Assembly: GCF_006345805.1 (NCBI RefSeq)
Contig: NC_043015.1
Location: forward strand, 33,542,001 to 33,606,000
Direction of reading: 5' to 3'
Source of the DNA: Octopus sinensis
Taxonomy: Eukaryota
DNA length: 64,000 bases
Position numbers and translations under genes: made by a program. Within the stretch, counting starts at the first letter, position 1. Every line of letters starts with the position of its first letter. Shown piece by piece: positions 12,464-25,873 of the stretch. A model generated the notes under the pieces. It saw only the letters and a program-made list of their open reading frames with translations, did not search any database and was not told where the DNA came from.

Positions 12464-13440
12464 GTGAAAATCAAACCAAATCAAAATAGATGAACATCAA
12501 TGGAATTTGTATCTTTGTGGTTCCAGTACCGGTGGCACACAAGGACACGCGTGACACTTGTGAAGACCTGTTGAGGCAAGTGAAAATCAAACCAAATCAA
12601 AATAGATGAACATCAATGGAATTTGTATCTTTGTGGTTCCAGTACCGGTGGCACACAAGAAAACCATCCGATCGTGGCCGTTCGCCAGCCACATCTGGCA
12701 CCTGTGTCGGTGGCACATAAAAGACACCATCCGAAGACCCGGCGACGTAGACAGTCCACCTGTGCATACCTTCCTTCTTGTGACACTTGTGAAGACCTGT
12801 TGAGGCAAGTGACACTTGTGAAGACCTGTTGAGGCAAGTGAAAATCAAATCAAATCAAAACAAATCAAAATAGATGAGCATAAATGGAATTTGTATCTTT
12901 GTGGTACCAGTGCCGGTGGCACACAAGAAAATCATCCGAACGTGGCCGTAGCCAGTACCGCATAGACTGGCCTCCGTGCTTTGGGGACGTAACAAACACC
13001 ATCCGATCGTGGCCGTCCGCCAGCCTCATCTGGCACCTGTGTCGGTGGCACATAAAAACACCATCCGAGCGTGGCCGTCTGCCAGCCTCGTCTGGCACCT
13101 GCCAGCCTCATCTGGCACCTGTGTCGGTGGCACATAAAAACACCATCCGAGCGTGGCCGTCTGCCAGCCTCGTCTGGCACCTGTGTCGGTGGCACATAAA
13201 AACACCATCCGAGCGTGGCCGTTCGCCAGCCTCGTCTGGCACCTGTGTCGGTGGCACATAAAATCACCCACTACACTCTCGGAGTGGTTGGCGTTAGGAA
13301 GGGCATCCAGCTGTAGAAACACTGCCAGATCTGACTGGCCTGGTGCAGCCTTCGGGCTCCCCAGACCCCAGTTGAACCGTCCAACCCATGCTAGCATGGA
13401 AAACGGACGCTAAATGATGATGATGATGATGATGATGATA
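12464..13440 (+). mobile_element. Young, CpG-rich RTE LINE 3' UTR copy with expanded minisatellites (62-bp and 29-bp units plus a larger repeated block)
   Basis: Ends in taaatgatgatgatg inside a (TA)n run. 62-bp unit caccatccga..ggcacataaaaa starts at 12997, 13059, 13141 (with a 20-nt partial) and 13203. Block gtgaaaatcaaa.. at 12464, 12580, 12838. Confidence 0.85.
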
Positions 13441-13461
13441 TATATATATATATATATATAA

Positions 13462-13640
13462 AATCATTTAATGCCTACTTTCCATGCTGGCATGGGTTGG
13501 ACGGTTTGACAGGAGCTGGCTAGGCAGAAGACGGCATCAGGCTTCAGTGTGTGTTTTGGCATGGTTTTTACAGCTGAGTGCCCTTCCGAATGCCAACCAC
13601 TTTACAATGTGGACTGGATGCTTTTTACGTGGCACCAGCA
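13462..13640 (-). mobile_element. RTE LINE 3' end fragment (family A), tail-to-tail with the preceding copy
   Basis: tcatttaatgcctactttccatgctggcatgggttggacggtttgac... Confidence 0.8.
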
Positions 13641-13785
13641 TTGAGAGCTTCTTCAATTTATGTTAAACTGTCTATATATAACTTTACATAAGTTATTATA
13701 TAAAGCAAACTTTCCAACTAAGGTATCCATGAATCTACTTTACAGCAAGATACCTGTGTGTGTGTGGGTGTGTGTGTGTGTGTGT

Positions 13786-14555
13786 GTGCGGGGGTGTGGG
13801 TGTGTGCGTGTGTGCGTCTGTGTTTCTGTTTGTCCTTCAACCACAGCTTGATAATTGGTGTTGGTCTGTTTACAACCTGGTATCTCAGCAGTTTGGCAAA
13901 AGATATCAACAGAATAAGTACCAAGCTTTAAAAAAAAAAGTATTAGTGTTGATTTGTTTGACTAAAAGTTCTTCAAAGTGATGCCCCAGCATGTCCAGTC
14001 TCATGACTGAAACAAGCGAAAGAAAGATAAAAGAATTATATGCACATTAGCCTGCCCACCCTTCTGTCCGTCCGTCTGCCCAGCCATCCATCATCATGAT
14101 TGCTGTTTTAACATTCACTTTTCTAGGCTTACATCGATTGGACAGATTTTACTGAGGCAGATTTTCTACAGCTGGGTGCCCTTCCTGTTGCCAACCTTTA
14201 CCTGTTTCCAAGCAAAGTAATATTTCCTCTTGGCCAGGTATGTTCTCATAGAATGTTGGAAATGATTGACACTACTTGTATGAAAGTAACATTCATTTAT
14301 GTTAAAACCAAAACACAAACTAGAAGAAATCTATGATATATATATATATACTGGTATGTTTGTTCAGTACCATGCAGTGGGACTGTACCCCAAACCATGT
14401 GATTTAAAAGCAAACTTCTTAACCACACGGCCACACCTGCACAGACACATAGACAAACAGACAGAATTTAGATAGCTAGAGAGTGATATGAAACATAAAA
14501 GTTGAAAAGTATTGAGTATCCTTTTCCTTTTGTTTCACTCACATAACGTGTATGT

Positions 14556-14589
<34 letters not shown>

Positions 14590-15395
14590 TGTGCGGGGGT
14601 GTGGGTGTGTGCGTGTGTGCGTCTGTGTTTCTGTTTGTCCTTCAACCACAGCTTGATAATTGGTGTTGGTCTGTTTACAACCTGGTATCTCAGCAGTTTG
14701 GCAAAAGATATCAACAGAATAAGTACCAAGCTTTAAAAAAAAAAGTATTAGTGTTGATTTGTTTGACTAAAAGTTCTTCAAGTGATGCCCCAGCATGTCC
14801 AGTCTCATGACTGAAACAAGCGAAAGAAGATAAAAGAATTATATGCACATTAGCCTGCCCACCCTTCTGTCCGTCCGTCTGCCCAGCCATCCATCATCAT
14901 GATTGCTGTTTTAACATTCACTTTTCTAGGCTTACATCGATTGGACAGATTTTACTGAGGCAGATTTTCTACAGCTGGGTGCCCTTCCTGTTGCCAACCT
15001 TTACCTGTTTCCAAGCAAAGTAATATTTCCTCTTGGCCAGGTATGTTCTCATAGAATGTTGGAAATGATTGACACTACTTGTATGAAAGTAACATTCATT
15101 TATGTTAAAACCAAAACACAAACTAGAAGAAATCTATGATATATATATATATACTGGTATGTTTGTTCAGTACCATGCAGTGGGACTGTACCCCAAACCA
15201 TGTGATTTAAAAGCAAACTTCTTAACCACACGGCCACACCTGCACAGACACATAGACAAACAGACAGAATTTAGATAGCTAGAGAGTGATATGAAACATA
15301 AAAGTTGAAAAGTATTGAGTATCCTTTTCCTTTTGTTTCACTCACATAACGTGTATGTGTGCATGTGTGTGTGTGTGTGTGTTTGTGTGTGTGTG
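13786..15395. repeat. Near-identical direct tandem duplication, unit about 805 bp, bounded by (TG)n tracts
   Basis: gtgcgggggtgtggg at 13786 and 14591. The offset falls 805 to 804 to 803 through two single-A indels in A runs; otherwise essentially identical. Confidence 0.95.
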
Positions 15396-16622
15396 TGAAA
15401 TGGCAAAGTTAAATCATTAAGCAAAAAACCTAGAGATCATTGGCCCCTTTCCACAGAGTACAACTCCTCAACATCTAATTGGCACTACTGATCAGCATCC
15501 ACTTAACATCACCCAGCATCCACATGCTGCTACTCAGTATACCCATAGCACCACCCAGCATCAACTTGGTACTGCCCAATAACTATTTAATACTTAACTC
15601 CACCTGAGGTTATATTAAGATGTAGGGGAACCTAATAAAAACAGATCAGAAGAGATGTTTACAAATGTTCAAGGAGTCAAATGATAGAGATTGTCCACCA
15701 TGTGTCTTGATTTCATGACGGAAATAACTAGTTTCTGTCCATCTGTCTGTTTTAGTCCTACCTGCGCCACTTATCAGTAACAGAAGTTGGGGAAATGATA
15801 CCTTCATCACAAAGTCTTCAGGATTTACCTGACAGCTCCCAAAGAGTGACAGAAACAAGAGCTTTCTATCATTCTTTTAAACTAAGAATTGTTGAATAAA
15901 GATGTTGCCGTGATTGTTGTTAAGATGTTTATAATGATTATTAGTGTTGCAGTGGTGACATTGATGGTAATTATCAGAGTGGCTCTAGTTGTTGTTGTTA
16001 TGATGGTTGTTGTTATTAAAACATGCAATAAAAACCAAAGCAAAACAAACAAAAAAAATCCCAGAACTTCACAACGACAAAAGCAAAATAGCTTAGACAC
16101 ACATATATGTGTGCACTCACATACATACAAACACACCCATGTATGTACATATGTATGTGTCTAAGCCCCTACTTGCTGTTGTGTCCCCTCCCACCACCTA
16201 ATGTACTCCTGCAGGTTAAATAAACCTAATTTCCCCCACCATAAACAAACATTTCATATCATGATAAATTGATATTTAAGTAAGAAAGAAATATTATTTT
16301 TTTTACTAAAGAATTTGATTTACCAAACTTGGAATATAAATGAGAGGTTGGGAATGGAAGGGTGGTAAGGAATATCCAAAAACCAATATTCTAGAAATCC
16401 CATACATATTATCTCTTTCTCTCTCACACACACACATATGCATGTATATAGTAATATAAACACTTAAATACATATATGTGTGTATGATTGAGAAAGAGAG
16501 AGTATATAACATAAAATATACTCATACAATGTGAATACATTACATAAACAGGTAAATGTATAATACAAAGATACAATTTTACATAATCATTTTGAACATC
16601 CATTAACAAGAGCAACAACAAC

Positions 16623-16659
<37 letters not shown>

Positions 16660-17064
16660 CCCCTGGAGGCCCTAAATGAAGACTTGAGTTATGTTTACTT
16701 TTTAAAGTGAACTGATTTTTTTAAAAACCAATGCAAAAATAAATGAACAGCAGCAAACATGCACATCGCACACACGCATTCGTGGAGGTAGGACAACAGA
16801 AGGTGAGAGAGAGAGAGAGAGGGTGAGTGAGAGAGAGAGAGGGTGAGTGAGAGAGAGAGAGAGAGAGAGAGGGTGAGTGAGAGGTAGACAGACACTTAGT
16901 GTGTGTGTGTGTGTGTGTGGTGTGAAAGAAAGAGAGTAGACCAAAGATAAATTTAACCAAAGTGTTTATGTGAAGAATGCTATGAAGAATACTTAAAAAT
17001 GAAAGTGAAACTTTGATGCCTTGCACAGTCTGAGAGATGATGCGTTATTGGTATTTAGGTGATG

Positions 17065-17300
17065 GCTAATATGTGAAGCCATGATCTCATGGTTGTGGGT
17101 ATTATCCATGGGCTGCATAGCATGTTGTGCCCTTGAGCCCTCCATTTCACATTGCTCCAGTTCACTCAGCTGAAAACAAGTACCAGTGATAACTGAGTGG
17201 TGTTAACCCGGCACTGGACTGGGGTCTTGTAAAGGGCCAGCCTTCACAGGTAGCTGTAATAGTCACCTGACTGTTTACTGCTCAGAAAAACTATTGGGAT
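17065..17300 (+). mobile_element. Decayed tRNA-derived SINE, family D (CORE-like)
   Basis: gtgcccttgagc..tttcacattgctccagttcactcagctg; homologous to 30410-30660 (-) and 51290-51780 (+). Confidence 0.6.
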
Positions 17301-17917
17301 GGCCCGGGTTGTCACATAAGATCCAATTTTATGATGAGGTGGTGTCTGATTGTTGAAATATAACAAAAACAATAGTACTATCACATGTCTTGGATAATGT
17401 TAAATAGAAGAGTAACATGTTTGAAGATAGTGAGTACACCAAATGGCCATGGCATGATGTCTGAAACAAGTGGAGGGAGGGAAGGAGAGAGAGAGAGAGA
17501 GAGAGAGTATGTTTACTGGTTAAACTGGAACATCATCTAGAGTTTAGTCAATTATATTAGATACCAGCTCCACACACTATTGACTACACAAGGATAAAAG
17601 TGGAACTACATGGGGTTTGAACTAAGAACATAAAAGGATACAATCAAATACAATGAGAGATTTTGTCCAGCACTCTGCTCACACATCATGGAAATTACAT
17701 AACTGTGCTAAGATACATACATTTATTTTGATCAGTACATGCCTTGTATACACATACAGATAAACATATACTCATACACATACATATAGACATATACATA
17801 TCATGCAGGTGTACGACTTCTTTTTGTGAATACACAAACACACACTTGCAATCATAGTTTGGTGTGACAACCTAAGAAAATGTTTCTGTTATCAGAGATG
17901 TATTAACCAGGCAGAAG

Positions 17918-17920
<3 letters not shown>

Positions 17921-18012
<92 letters not shown>
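17921..18012. repeat. Perfect (GA)n microsatellite, about 46 units
   Basis: Direct reading. Confidence 0.97.
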
Positions 18013-18015
<3 letters not shown>

Positions 18016-18769
18016 GTTCCCTGATATAATAAGGTGATTAGAGAATATCTGCAACGAGGCTGTAATGGCTACACATGGAACAGCCATAAAGGGAAGCTTT
18101 AATAGAGAAAAAGGTAATGTTGTTTTATAAACATCAATATCATGTCTGTGTGACATTCACATATTGTAAGCAAAGACATTAGTAACAATAACAACTATAA
18201 CAGCATCAAACTAACTTTCAGATCAATCGAGGCTGCTAATTCAGGCCTTGTGCTGAAATATCGGTAGAATAAAGATGCTCCAAGAAACAGATACGTCTTA
18301 GATAATATCACCCATTTGGCATATTGTTGTATTCCATAATTGTTTTCTTAATATTGTGTTTGGTAACAAAGAAAAACAATCCATCACAGTTTCTTTAATA
18401 TCGGATGTTGCGTATCTATATAACAGATAGACGGTGTAGACATTGAGAAAATATATTCCAAAGACATGTATATACAACTTTCCTTACTTTGAAGCAACAT
18501 GGATCCAGATTTGATTCCGCTGCATGGCTTCTTGGGCAAGAATCTTCTACAATAGCTCCGAGTTGATCGATACGTTGTAAATGGAATCTTGATGCAGACA
18601 GTGCAAAAGCCCATCATGTGTCCGTAAGTGTATGTATCTGTGTGTGTGTGTGTGTGCGTGTGTACATATAGTAACAAGCTTCTTTCAGTTTATGTGTGTA
18701 TGTATGTATATACACACACACATAATCTGTAAGAAGCTTCTTACTACATGTATGTATATGTATATATCA

Positions 18770-18983
18770 TTTATCTTTTACTTGTTTCAGTCATTTTGAC
18801 AGTGACCATGCTGGGGCACCACTTTGAGGGACTTCAGTTGAACAAATTGATCCCAGGACCTTTTTTTTTTTAATCTAGTACTTAGTTCAGCAAAAGAAAA
18901 TGATAGAATGTCAAGTTACAGGGACATAAACATACCAACACTGGTTTTTAAGTGGTGATGGGGGACAAATACAGACACACACC

Positions 18984-19061
<78 letters not shown>

Positions 19062-19085
19062 TATATATATAAAGATAGATAGATT

Positions 19086-19116
<31 letters not shown>

Positions 19117-19270
19117 GATTGAATTTTTCCTTTATGGTATAACATTGCACCTAGCTTTTTGTCTACCAAATCCACTCCCAAGGCTTTGGTTGGCCCAAGG
19201 CTATAGTAGAAGACACTTGCCCAAGGTGCCACGCAGTGAGACTGAACCCGGAACCATGTGGTTGGTAAGC
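18770..19270 (-). mobile_element. SINE family C with expanded internal (TA)n/(ATAG)n
   Basis: Reverse match to the family C head (gaaccatgtggttggtaag) and tail (gtttcagtcattttgac). Confidence 0.8.
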
Positions 19271-20299
19271 ATGTTTATATATGTAATATTTACATATACG
19301 TGTAAGCAAATGTATTATTGTCTGCTTGCCTTGAGCTGGTATGGTAGTTGTAAATGTGTGTCACCATCATGCAAGTGGTGTCCTGTTTCTAGGCTTTCAT
19401 GAAAACATGGTTGCTGAGGAAAATGTTCATTTGAGCAGCAGTCTTCAAAACGGAGACAGCCAAGAGTTCATACTGAGTGCTGACAAAGGGATATGCAAGA
19501 TTTTTACTCAATACAGACTTACAATACATGTACATGCCTATGTTTATGTGTATGTTTGTGTGTGATCATTTTTTATTATTTATGTTTAATGTTGTTGTTT
19601 AAGCCCCAGGTCAGAATTAATTCAGTAGATCTATGGTTAATGATATTCCGGCTGTGATCATCACACCTTTTATGCAGACACTGTGTCTGCAACTGTATTA
19701 TACATGTCCTTTCTCAAAAAATGGTAGTGATTTGAAGGAGTTTGGTTGCTATTTCTAGCAGTTGCAGTGACCATGTATACATTTCTTTGCTGGGTTATAA
19801 TATGCAAGTGTGTGTGTGTGTTTGCGTAAACAAGTAGGAAACTTAAAAACAAACAATAATGAGCATCTAATGGGACTGAAACCTTATATTTAAGTTACTA
19901 ATTAAGCACCTAATAATTATTTCTGCTCACAGTCCAAAGTAATTTATTTTAATTAATTCAAATTGTATGGTTGTCTCCTGTACCAATTTTGAGTTGAGTT
20001 AATCATTAAAATAATGAGGCATCCTCCTCACTACTGAACTAATTATAATAAACACAATCCTTAGTTTATACTAGTGCAAACTTTACTATTTGTTATATAT
20101 GCAGCAGGCACCCCTGGCCATCCACCCACACTACCACCAAGTCATATGATTTCTGTTGAAGATAAATATGGTTCATACTGAGTTTGAGGATGTGGTTTTG
20201 ATTCTTCAACTATTCTTGGACAGTTCACTTTAGTCTTGTGGTGGGCAAGTCCTAAACATGTGTAGATCAACAGTCAACCCTTATCTGACATTACATTTT

Positions 20300-20680
20300 G
20301 TCTACATACTCATCCCCACCAACATTTTCCCATGCTGCCATGGTTTCTATGACTGGATGCCCTTCCTAGCACCAATTGCTCTATGGAGTATACTGAGTGC
20401 TTTTTATGTGGTACCATCACCAGTGCTTTTTACATGGTGCTAGAAATCACACCAATGCTTTTTATGTGACACCTCGCTTTTAGGAGCTCAATTCTGTTGT
20501 GGTGGGGTGGGTCCTCTCAAGTACAGCAATGCATCACACATCCTGTCATCTTTATAAGGTTCAGCATTTTGAGACCATCCTTCAATATTTCATACACTGT
20601 CTTCCTCAGTCTCCCTCTTCCACAACTTCCCTCCCCCTTAAAGTGATTGATACTTCATTATGCAACTACCTTACATAATA
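20300..20680 (-). mobile_element. Decayed RTE LINE 3' fragment including remnant of the ORF C-terminus
   Basis: actggatgcccttcc block followed by gtcttcctcagtctccctcttccacaacttccc (reverse: G.CGRGRLRKT-like). Confidence 0.6.
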
Positions 20681-20692
20681 CTATCTAATACA

Positions 20693-20740
<48 letters not shown>

Positions 20741-20742
<2 letters not shown>

Positions 20743-21130
20743 CCCAAGGGTGGCTGTGTGGTAAGAAGTTTGCTCTCCAACCACATGGTTCTGGGTTCGG
20801 TCCCACTGCATGGCACATTGGGCAAGTGTCTATTACTGTGGCCTTGTAAGTGGATTTGGTAGATGGAAACTGAAAGAAGCCCATTACATATATATATATA
20901 TATGTATATATCTATGTGTATGCATGTCTTTGTGCCTGTTCCCCCATCACTGCTTGACAACCAGTATTGGTGTGCTTCTGTCCCCATAACTTAGCAGTTT
21001 GGCAAAAGAAACTGATAGAATAAATAATAGGCTTTAAAAAGAAAAGTTGTGAAGTCAATTTGGCTAAAACCCTTCAAGGTGGTGCTCCAGCATGGCTGCA
21101 GTCAAATGGCTGAAACAAGTAAAAGAAAAA
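20741..21130 (+). mobile_element. SINE family C
   Basis: Full head-to-tail match, inserted after a long (TA)n. Confidence 0.85.
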
Positions 21131-21189
21131 TGAATATAAACATGTAGAAGGATTACATTCAACAAGAACACACCTTGGCAATATTATTT

Positions 21190-21390
21190 CGGAGGTGAAC
21201 TGGCAGAATTGTTACCATACAGGGCAAAATGCTTAGTGGCATTTTGTCAGTCTCTACTTTCTGAGTTCAAATTCTGCCAGGTTTGACTTTAGTTTCCATC
21301 CTTTCAGGGATGAAACACTGGAGGGTGATGTAATGAACTTATCCCCTCCTCCAAACTTGCTGGCCTTGTGCCAAAATTTGAAAGCAGTAT
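21190..21390 (+). mobile_element. SINE family B
   Basis: ggaggtgaactggcagaattgttacc..ctgagttcaaattctgcc..ccttgtgccaaaatttgaaa. Confidence 0.75.
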
Positions 21391-22450
21391 TATTTGGGCA
21401 ATCCCAGCTTCAGAATACAACACTCCTTTGGCTGTGTGACCTTCTGCCTGTCTATTTGTGTATGATGGGGGGATGGGAAGGGAGTAAAGAGATGAGGAGG
21501 TGGTTTACAATGTGAGGAGATAGTTAGAGGCTGTGAAGCAGTGGTAATTGAGGGATGAGCAATAATTGAGGTTATTCAAACCAATATGATAAAAGAAAAA
21601 GACAAAAAAAGCAACAACTAAGATGAGTAATTGAGTAACAGAAATGAAAGGTTGATAAAAGGATAAAAATCAAAAGGGGAAAAGAAGAACCAAAAGAAGA
21701 CAGATTGGTTGAAGTTTGAGGAAAGCAGCTGATATTTTCATCATCATCGAGGAGAAGAAGAAGAAGAACTCCAATAAACCTTTTATGCTTCACTAAACTA
21801 TTATCTGACACATGAATGTGGGTTGGTGTTTTTGGCGCGGAGAAGCCAGTGGAATTTTCTATATCATTGTTGTGGAGGAAGCGAGAAAGAGCAGAGAGAT
21901 GTACCGATCTCACTGAAGTAGAACTGTCTCAAATATAATCCGATTACCGAAAATAATTTCAGTTGGAAATGATTGACTTGCTGTGTATTAATCACAAGAT
22001 GGTTGGCAGCCCAGCTTCTTATTTTTCATTTACTATCATCTCCTCCTCCTCCCACCCTCACTCCCCACCATTACAACCACCACCACCACCACCACTAAAA
22101 ACAACATATCACCTCCTGCCTGCCCTCCCCACCCTCGCCCATACCACTCTAAGGCAGTGAGTGGAATAAAAACGTTATTTCTAAATTCTTTCAGATGAAT
22201 AAATAAATAAATAAAAGATTGCAGTGCATCCTTTTGCGAATGACAACAAATGAAAGAGTAATGGAACCAATGAAGATGGAAATTAATTTAAGTTAGAATA
22301 TCTTTTTAAAAACTAAAATTATACATATGTATGTATCTATATATGTGTATGTGTGTGTATATATAGATATGTGTGTTAATATATACATATATATATACGT
22401 GTGTGCATATATAGATATACACACACATATGTATATACACAATCATATAC

Positions 22451-22501
<51 letters not shown>

Positions 22502-22581
22502 TATATATATACATACATATATGTATATATATACATATGTATATACATATATATATGCATATATATGTGTATATACATATA

Positions 22582-22867
22582 GACTGGATTCTTTTCCTCA
22601 ACAGGCCCTGCCCTGTGTAACATTGTTCCAAAACTGATCAAAGACGAAAAGGATCCCATCACCTTTAAACAGAGTCTGGACAAATTTCTTCAAGGAATAC
22701 CAGATAAGCAACCCATACCTGGATACAAGTCACTCAACAAGAACTCACTACTTGAATGGACCATAAACAAAACTTCACTTAAACAGGATTTAGATAATCC
22801 TATCAGGTGGTGCTATTAAGTTAGACATGGCCTGGACTAATCTTTGGTCGAAACATATCTAAGTTTT
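22582..22867 (+). mobile_element. 5'-truncated CR1/L2-group LINE 3' end, inside a (TA)n field
   Basis: Frame reads GPALCNIVPKLIKDEKDPITFKQSLDKFLQGIPDKQPIPGYKSLNKNSLLEW, matching the GP.L.N.LP..FK..LDK.L..IPD.P..GY...NSL C-terminus of CR1-group RTs. Confidence 0.8.
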
Positions 22868-22987
22868 ATGTATATGTAAGTATATATATGTATATAATAC
22901 ATATGTATGTTTATGTGTATATAAATATATATATATATGTATATATGTGTGTATATATGTGAGTGTATATATATATACAGGTATATA

Positions 22988-23027
<40 letters not shown>

Positions 23028-23213
23028 GTGTATATGTGTGTGTGTGTATATATATATTTATATATGTGTGCGTGTATATATATATATATATTTATACATA
23101 TGTGTGTGCATATACATGCATATATGTGTGTGGTGTGTGTGTGTGTGTATTTAGTTTTGGGATTTGGTTTGCAAGATTCTCTGTGAGTTCGTGTGTGTGT
23201 ATACATATTTGTA

Positions 23214-23280
<67 letters not shown>

Positions 23281-23964
23281 TATATATGTATCTATAAATA
23301 TATAATCAGTTTAGTGTTCACTTTAACATGCTACTATGATATACCAGTGAGTGTGTAGTGAAGAAAGGTTAAGAGACACAACAAAAGCTCAATGTTGTAT
23401 GTGATTCTGTGTCACGACAGCAGAAGAGTTAAGTGTTTTATGTAAGATAATGTTTTGTTAACAGAATGCCTAAAATATATGCAAAATATGCTTGTTTAAT
23501 ACCCTCCATTAGTTACTTGAGGGATTTATTCTTTGTTTATTCTTACAGCAACAAGAGCAGTATGTGTGTGTGTGAGGAAGGAGAGGAGTGGAGAGAGAAG
23601 GAGCGAGAAAGAGAGAGGGTTATCAAATAACACAGAAAATATAATGGTTGGAAGTGAAATAGAAAGAAAATATTTTTAAATTCTCAATGAAAAGAAAAGC
23701 ATTGAGAAAAAGAAAAGGGGGAAAGAGACAAAGAGAGAGTGGAAGAAATGGCAGGGGGATGAGAATAATAAAAACAATGAAATATCCTTAAATGTGGTAA
23801 TCTAAAGAACTCTACAAGTCTCAGAGCAAAAAAAAAAAAATTATCCTCTGACAGAAAACGAAATGGAAAAATCACTCCAATACTCTGATAGAATGAAATG
23901 ATCAGATAGAAAATACAAGATGGATAGCTGCTGCGATACGGTTTTGGTAGGTATTTTTCTGCAG

Positions 23965-24097
23965 AAGTACACCAAGTTGTCAAGAAAGATGCAGGGAAAG
24001 TGGAAGATCCAAGAATAAAAAAAAAAAGTACAAAAAACATGTTGATAAGCTAAAAACAGAATCCACTTTAGTTCAGAATAACCCAGATGAAGATGAG
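23965..24097 (+). CDS. Candidate internal coding exon (STPSCQERCRESGRSKNKKKKYKKHVDKLKTESTLVQNNPDEDE)
   Basis: Acceptor tatttttctgcag| and donor GAG|gtaaga. 44 codons open in one frame (phase 2 in, phase 0 out), with an in-frame TAG just upstream of the acceptor. No homology recognised. Confidence 0.45.
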
Positions 24098-24374
24098 GTA
24101 AGATCAGCATCAAAATGGATGCTAATGTAAATTGTAAAAATATTAAATCTAAGTAGAATCAGCTGTTCTGTTGGGGAAACATGGCAACACACACACACAC
24201 ACACACACACACTGCAACACAGACACATATATGCCGGCTGAATATGCAGGAATGTTGCTGCTCCATTAATAAGTGACATTAAAAGACAATGATTTTTGGC
24301 AAATATTTACCATCAACTTGAAGATCTCAAGGAATTGATGACTAGTTTTTGTTATGTGTCATATTATTATTATG

Positions 24375-25190
24375 AAGGCGGTGAGCTGGCAGAATCGTTA
24401 GCATGCTGGGCGAAATGCTTAGCAGTATTTCGCCTGCCGCTATGTTCTGAGTTCAAATTTCGAAAAAGATTGACTTTGCCTCATCTTTTCAGGGTTGATA
24501 ATTTAACTACCATTTGCATACTGGGGTCGATCTAATTGACTGGGCCCCTCCCTCAAAATTTCAGGCCTTGTGCCTATAGTAGAAAAGATTATTATTATTG
24601 GGGTGGCAAACTGGTAGAACTGTTAGCACACTGGGTGAAATGCTTAGCAGTATTTCATCAATCTTCTTGTTCTGTGTTCAAATGTTGCTGAGGTCGACTT
24701 TGCCTTTCATCCCTTCAGGGTTGATGTAATTGACTAGTCCCCTTCCCTAAACTTTCAGGCCTTGTGCCTATAGTAGAAAGGATTATTATTATTATTTTTA
24801 CTATTATTATTATATAACGGTGGCAAGCAAGTAGAATTGGTAGCACACGAGACAAAATGCTTAGCAGCATTTCTTCTGACTTTACATTCTGAGTTCAAAC
24901 ACTTCCATGCCTTTTTCGGTGGGGGGTGGGGGCAATAAAATAAGTCACAGTAGAGAACTAAGATCAATGTAATCAATCCTCCCCCCCCCCTCAAAATTTC
25001 AGTCAATATACCAATATTCAAATGGATTATTTAAAGGCAGCAATCAAACAGAATTACAGAATTTTTTCTTGTGAGTTCAAAACCTACCCAAGTCCACTTT
25101 CAGGGATGATAAAATAAGTCCCTGTTGAGTCTCTGCTCTCAAAATTTCAAGCTTGGCACCAACAGTAGAAAGAATTATTATCATTATTAT
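24375..25190 (+). mobile_element. Head-to-tail cluster of four family B SINEs linked by (TTA)n tails
   Basis: Heads at about 24375, 24600, 24820 and 25040 (last degenerate); copies end in ..agtagaaa.gattattatt. Confidence 0.85.
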
Positions 25191-25840
25191 TAACTTAACC
25201 AATATAAATCTGTAGTATATGTTTTATGTAATGGTTACCATGGCTACCCCATACTCAATTACTTAATAACAAAAAGAAAAACTAGGAACAATGATTTGTT
25301 AGACAAATATAGTGGAACGCCTTGCCTAAGGACATAATGCAATAGTGGCAGTGGTGTGTGGTGACATTTCTCTGAAAATCATAATGAAAATTCTATGAAT
25401 TTTAGAATTGATTTTATGGAAGTTTAATATTTAATAAACTGTGACGTGTGTACGCAGAAGTGGGGTGGGTGGGTGGTAGCAACTCTGTGCGTGTGCGTGT
25501 GCAGATACTTGTGTATGAATGTAAGTGTGTATGTGAATGTTCACTCATGTGTGTGTGTGTGTGCATGCACAGACACACGTGTGAGTGTGTATCCTGTGTG
25601 ACAAATCAAATTATAGAAACAGAAATGTAAATATGAGCTTTCACAGCTTTGATAGAAACTTTGGTTATCGATGATGCAGACACGTAACACAAATACACAG
25701 ACATGGCAGCACCAGTAGAAACTGAACCCAGAAACAAGAGGTTCCAGAACAAGAATTCAGTCTGACATCTTACCATTCTCCATCACTATGTCCACACAAA
25801 ACCCCACTTTTAACACAGAGGATGGTAGTGGTAGTGGTAG

Positions 25841-25873
<33 letters not shown>

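Noticed and set aside
12464-13260. Repeat arrays as CRISPR-like or as repeat-protein genes (also 32443-32897)
   Set aside because: No unique spacers, no cas genes, eukaryotic context; the arrays are tandem duplications inside LINE 3' UTRs.
15889-16164. ORF with a TM-like stretch followed by basic residues
   Set aside because: Degenerate (GTT/GAT)n low-complexity DNA plus an A-run.
19393-19565. Phase-compatible open frame CFHENMVAEENV..
   Set aside because: Starts in a decayed repeat segment next to a SINE, and has no donor before the microsatellite.
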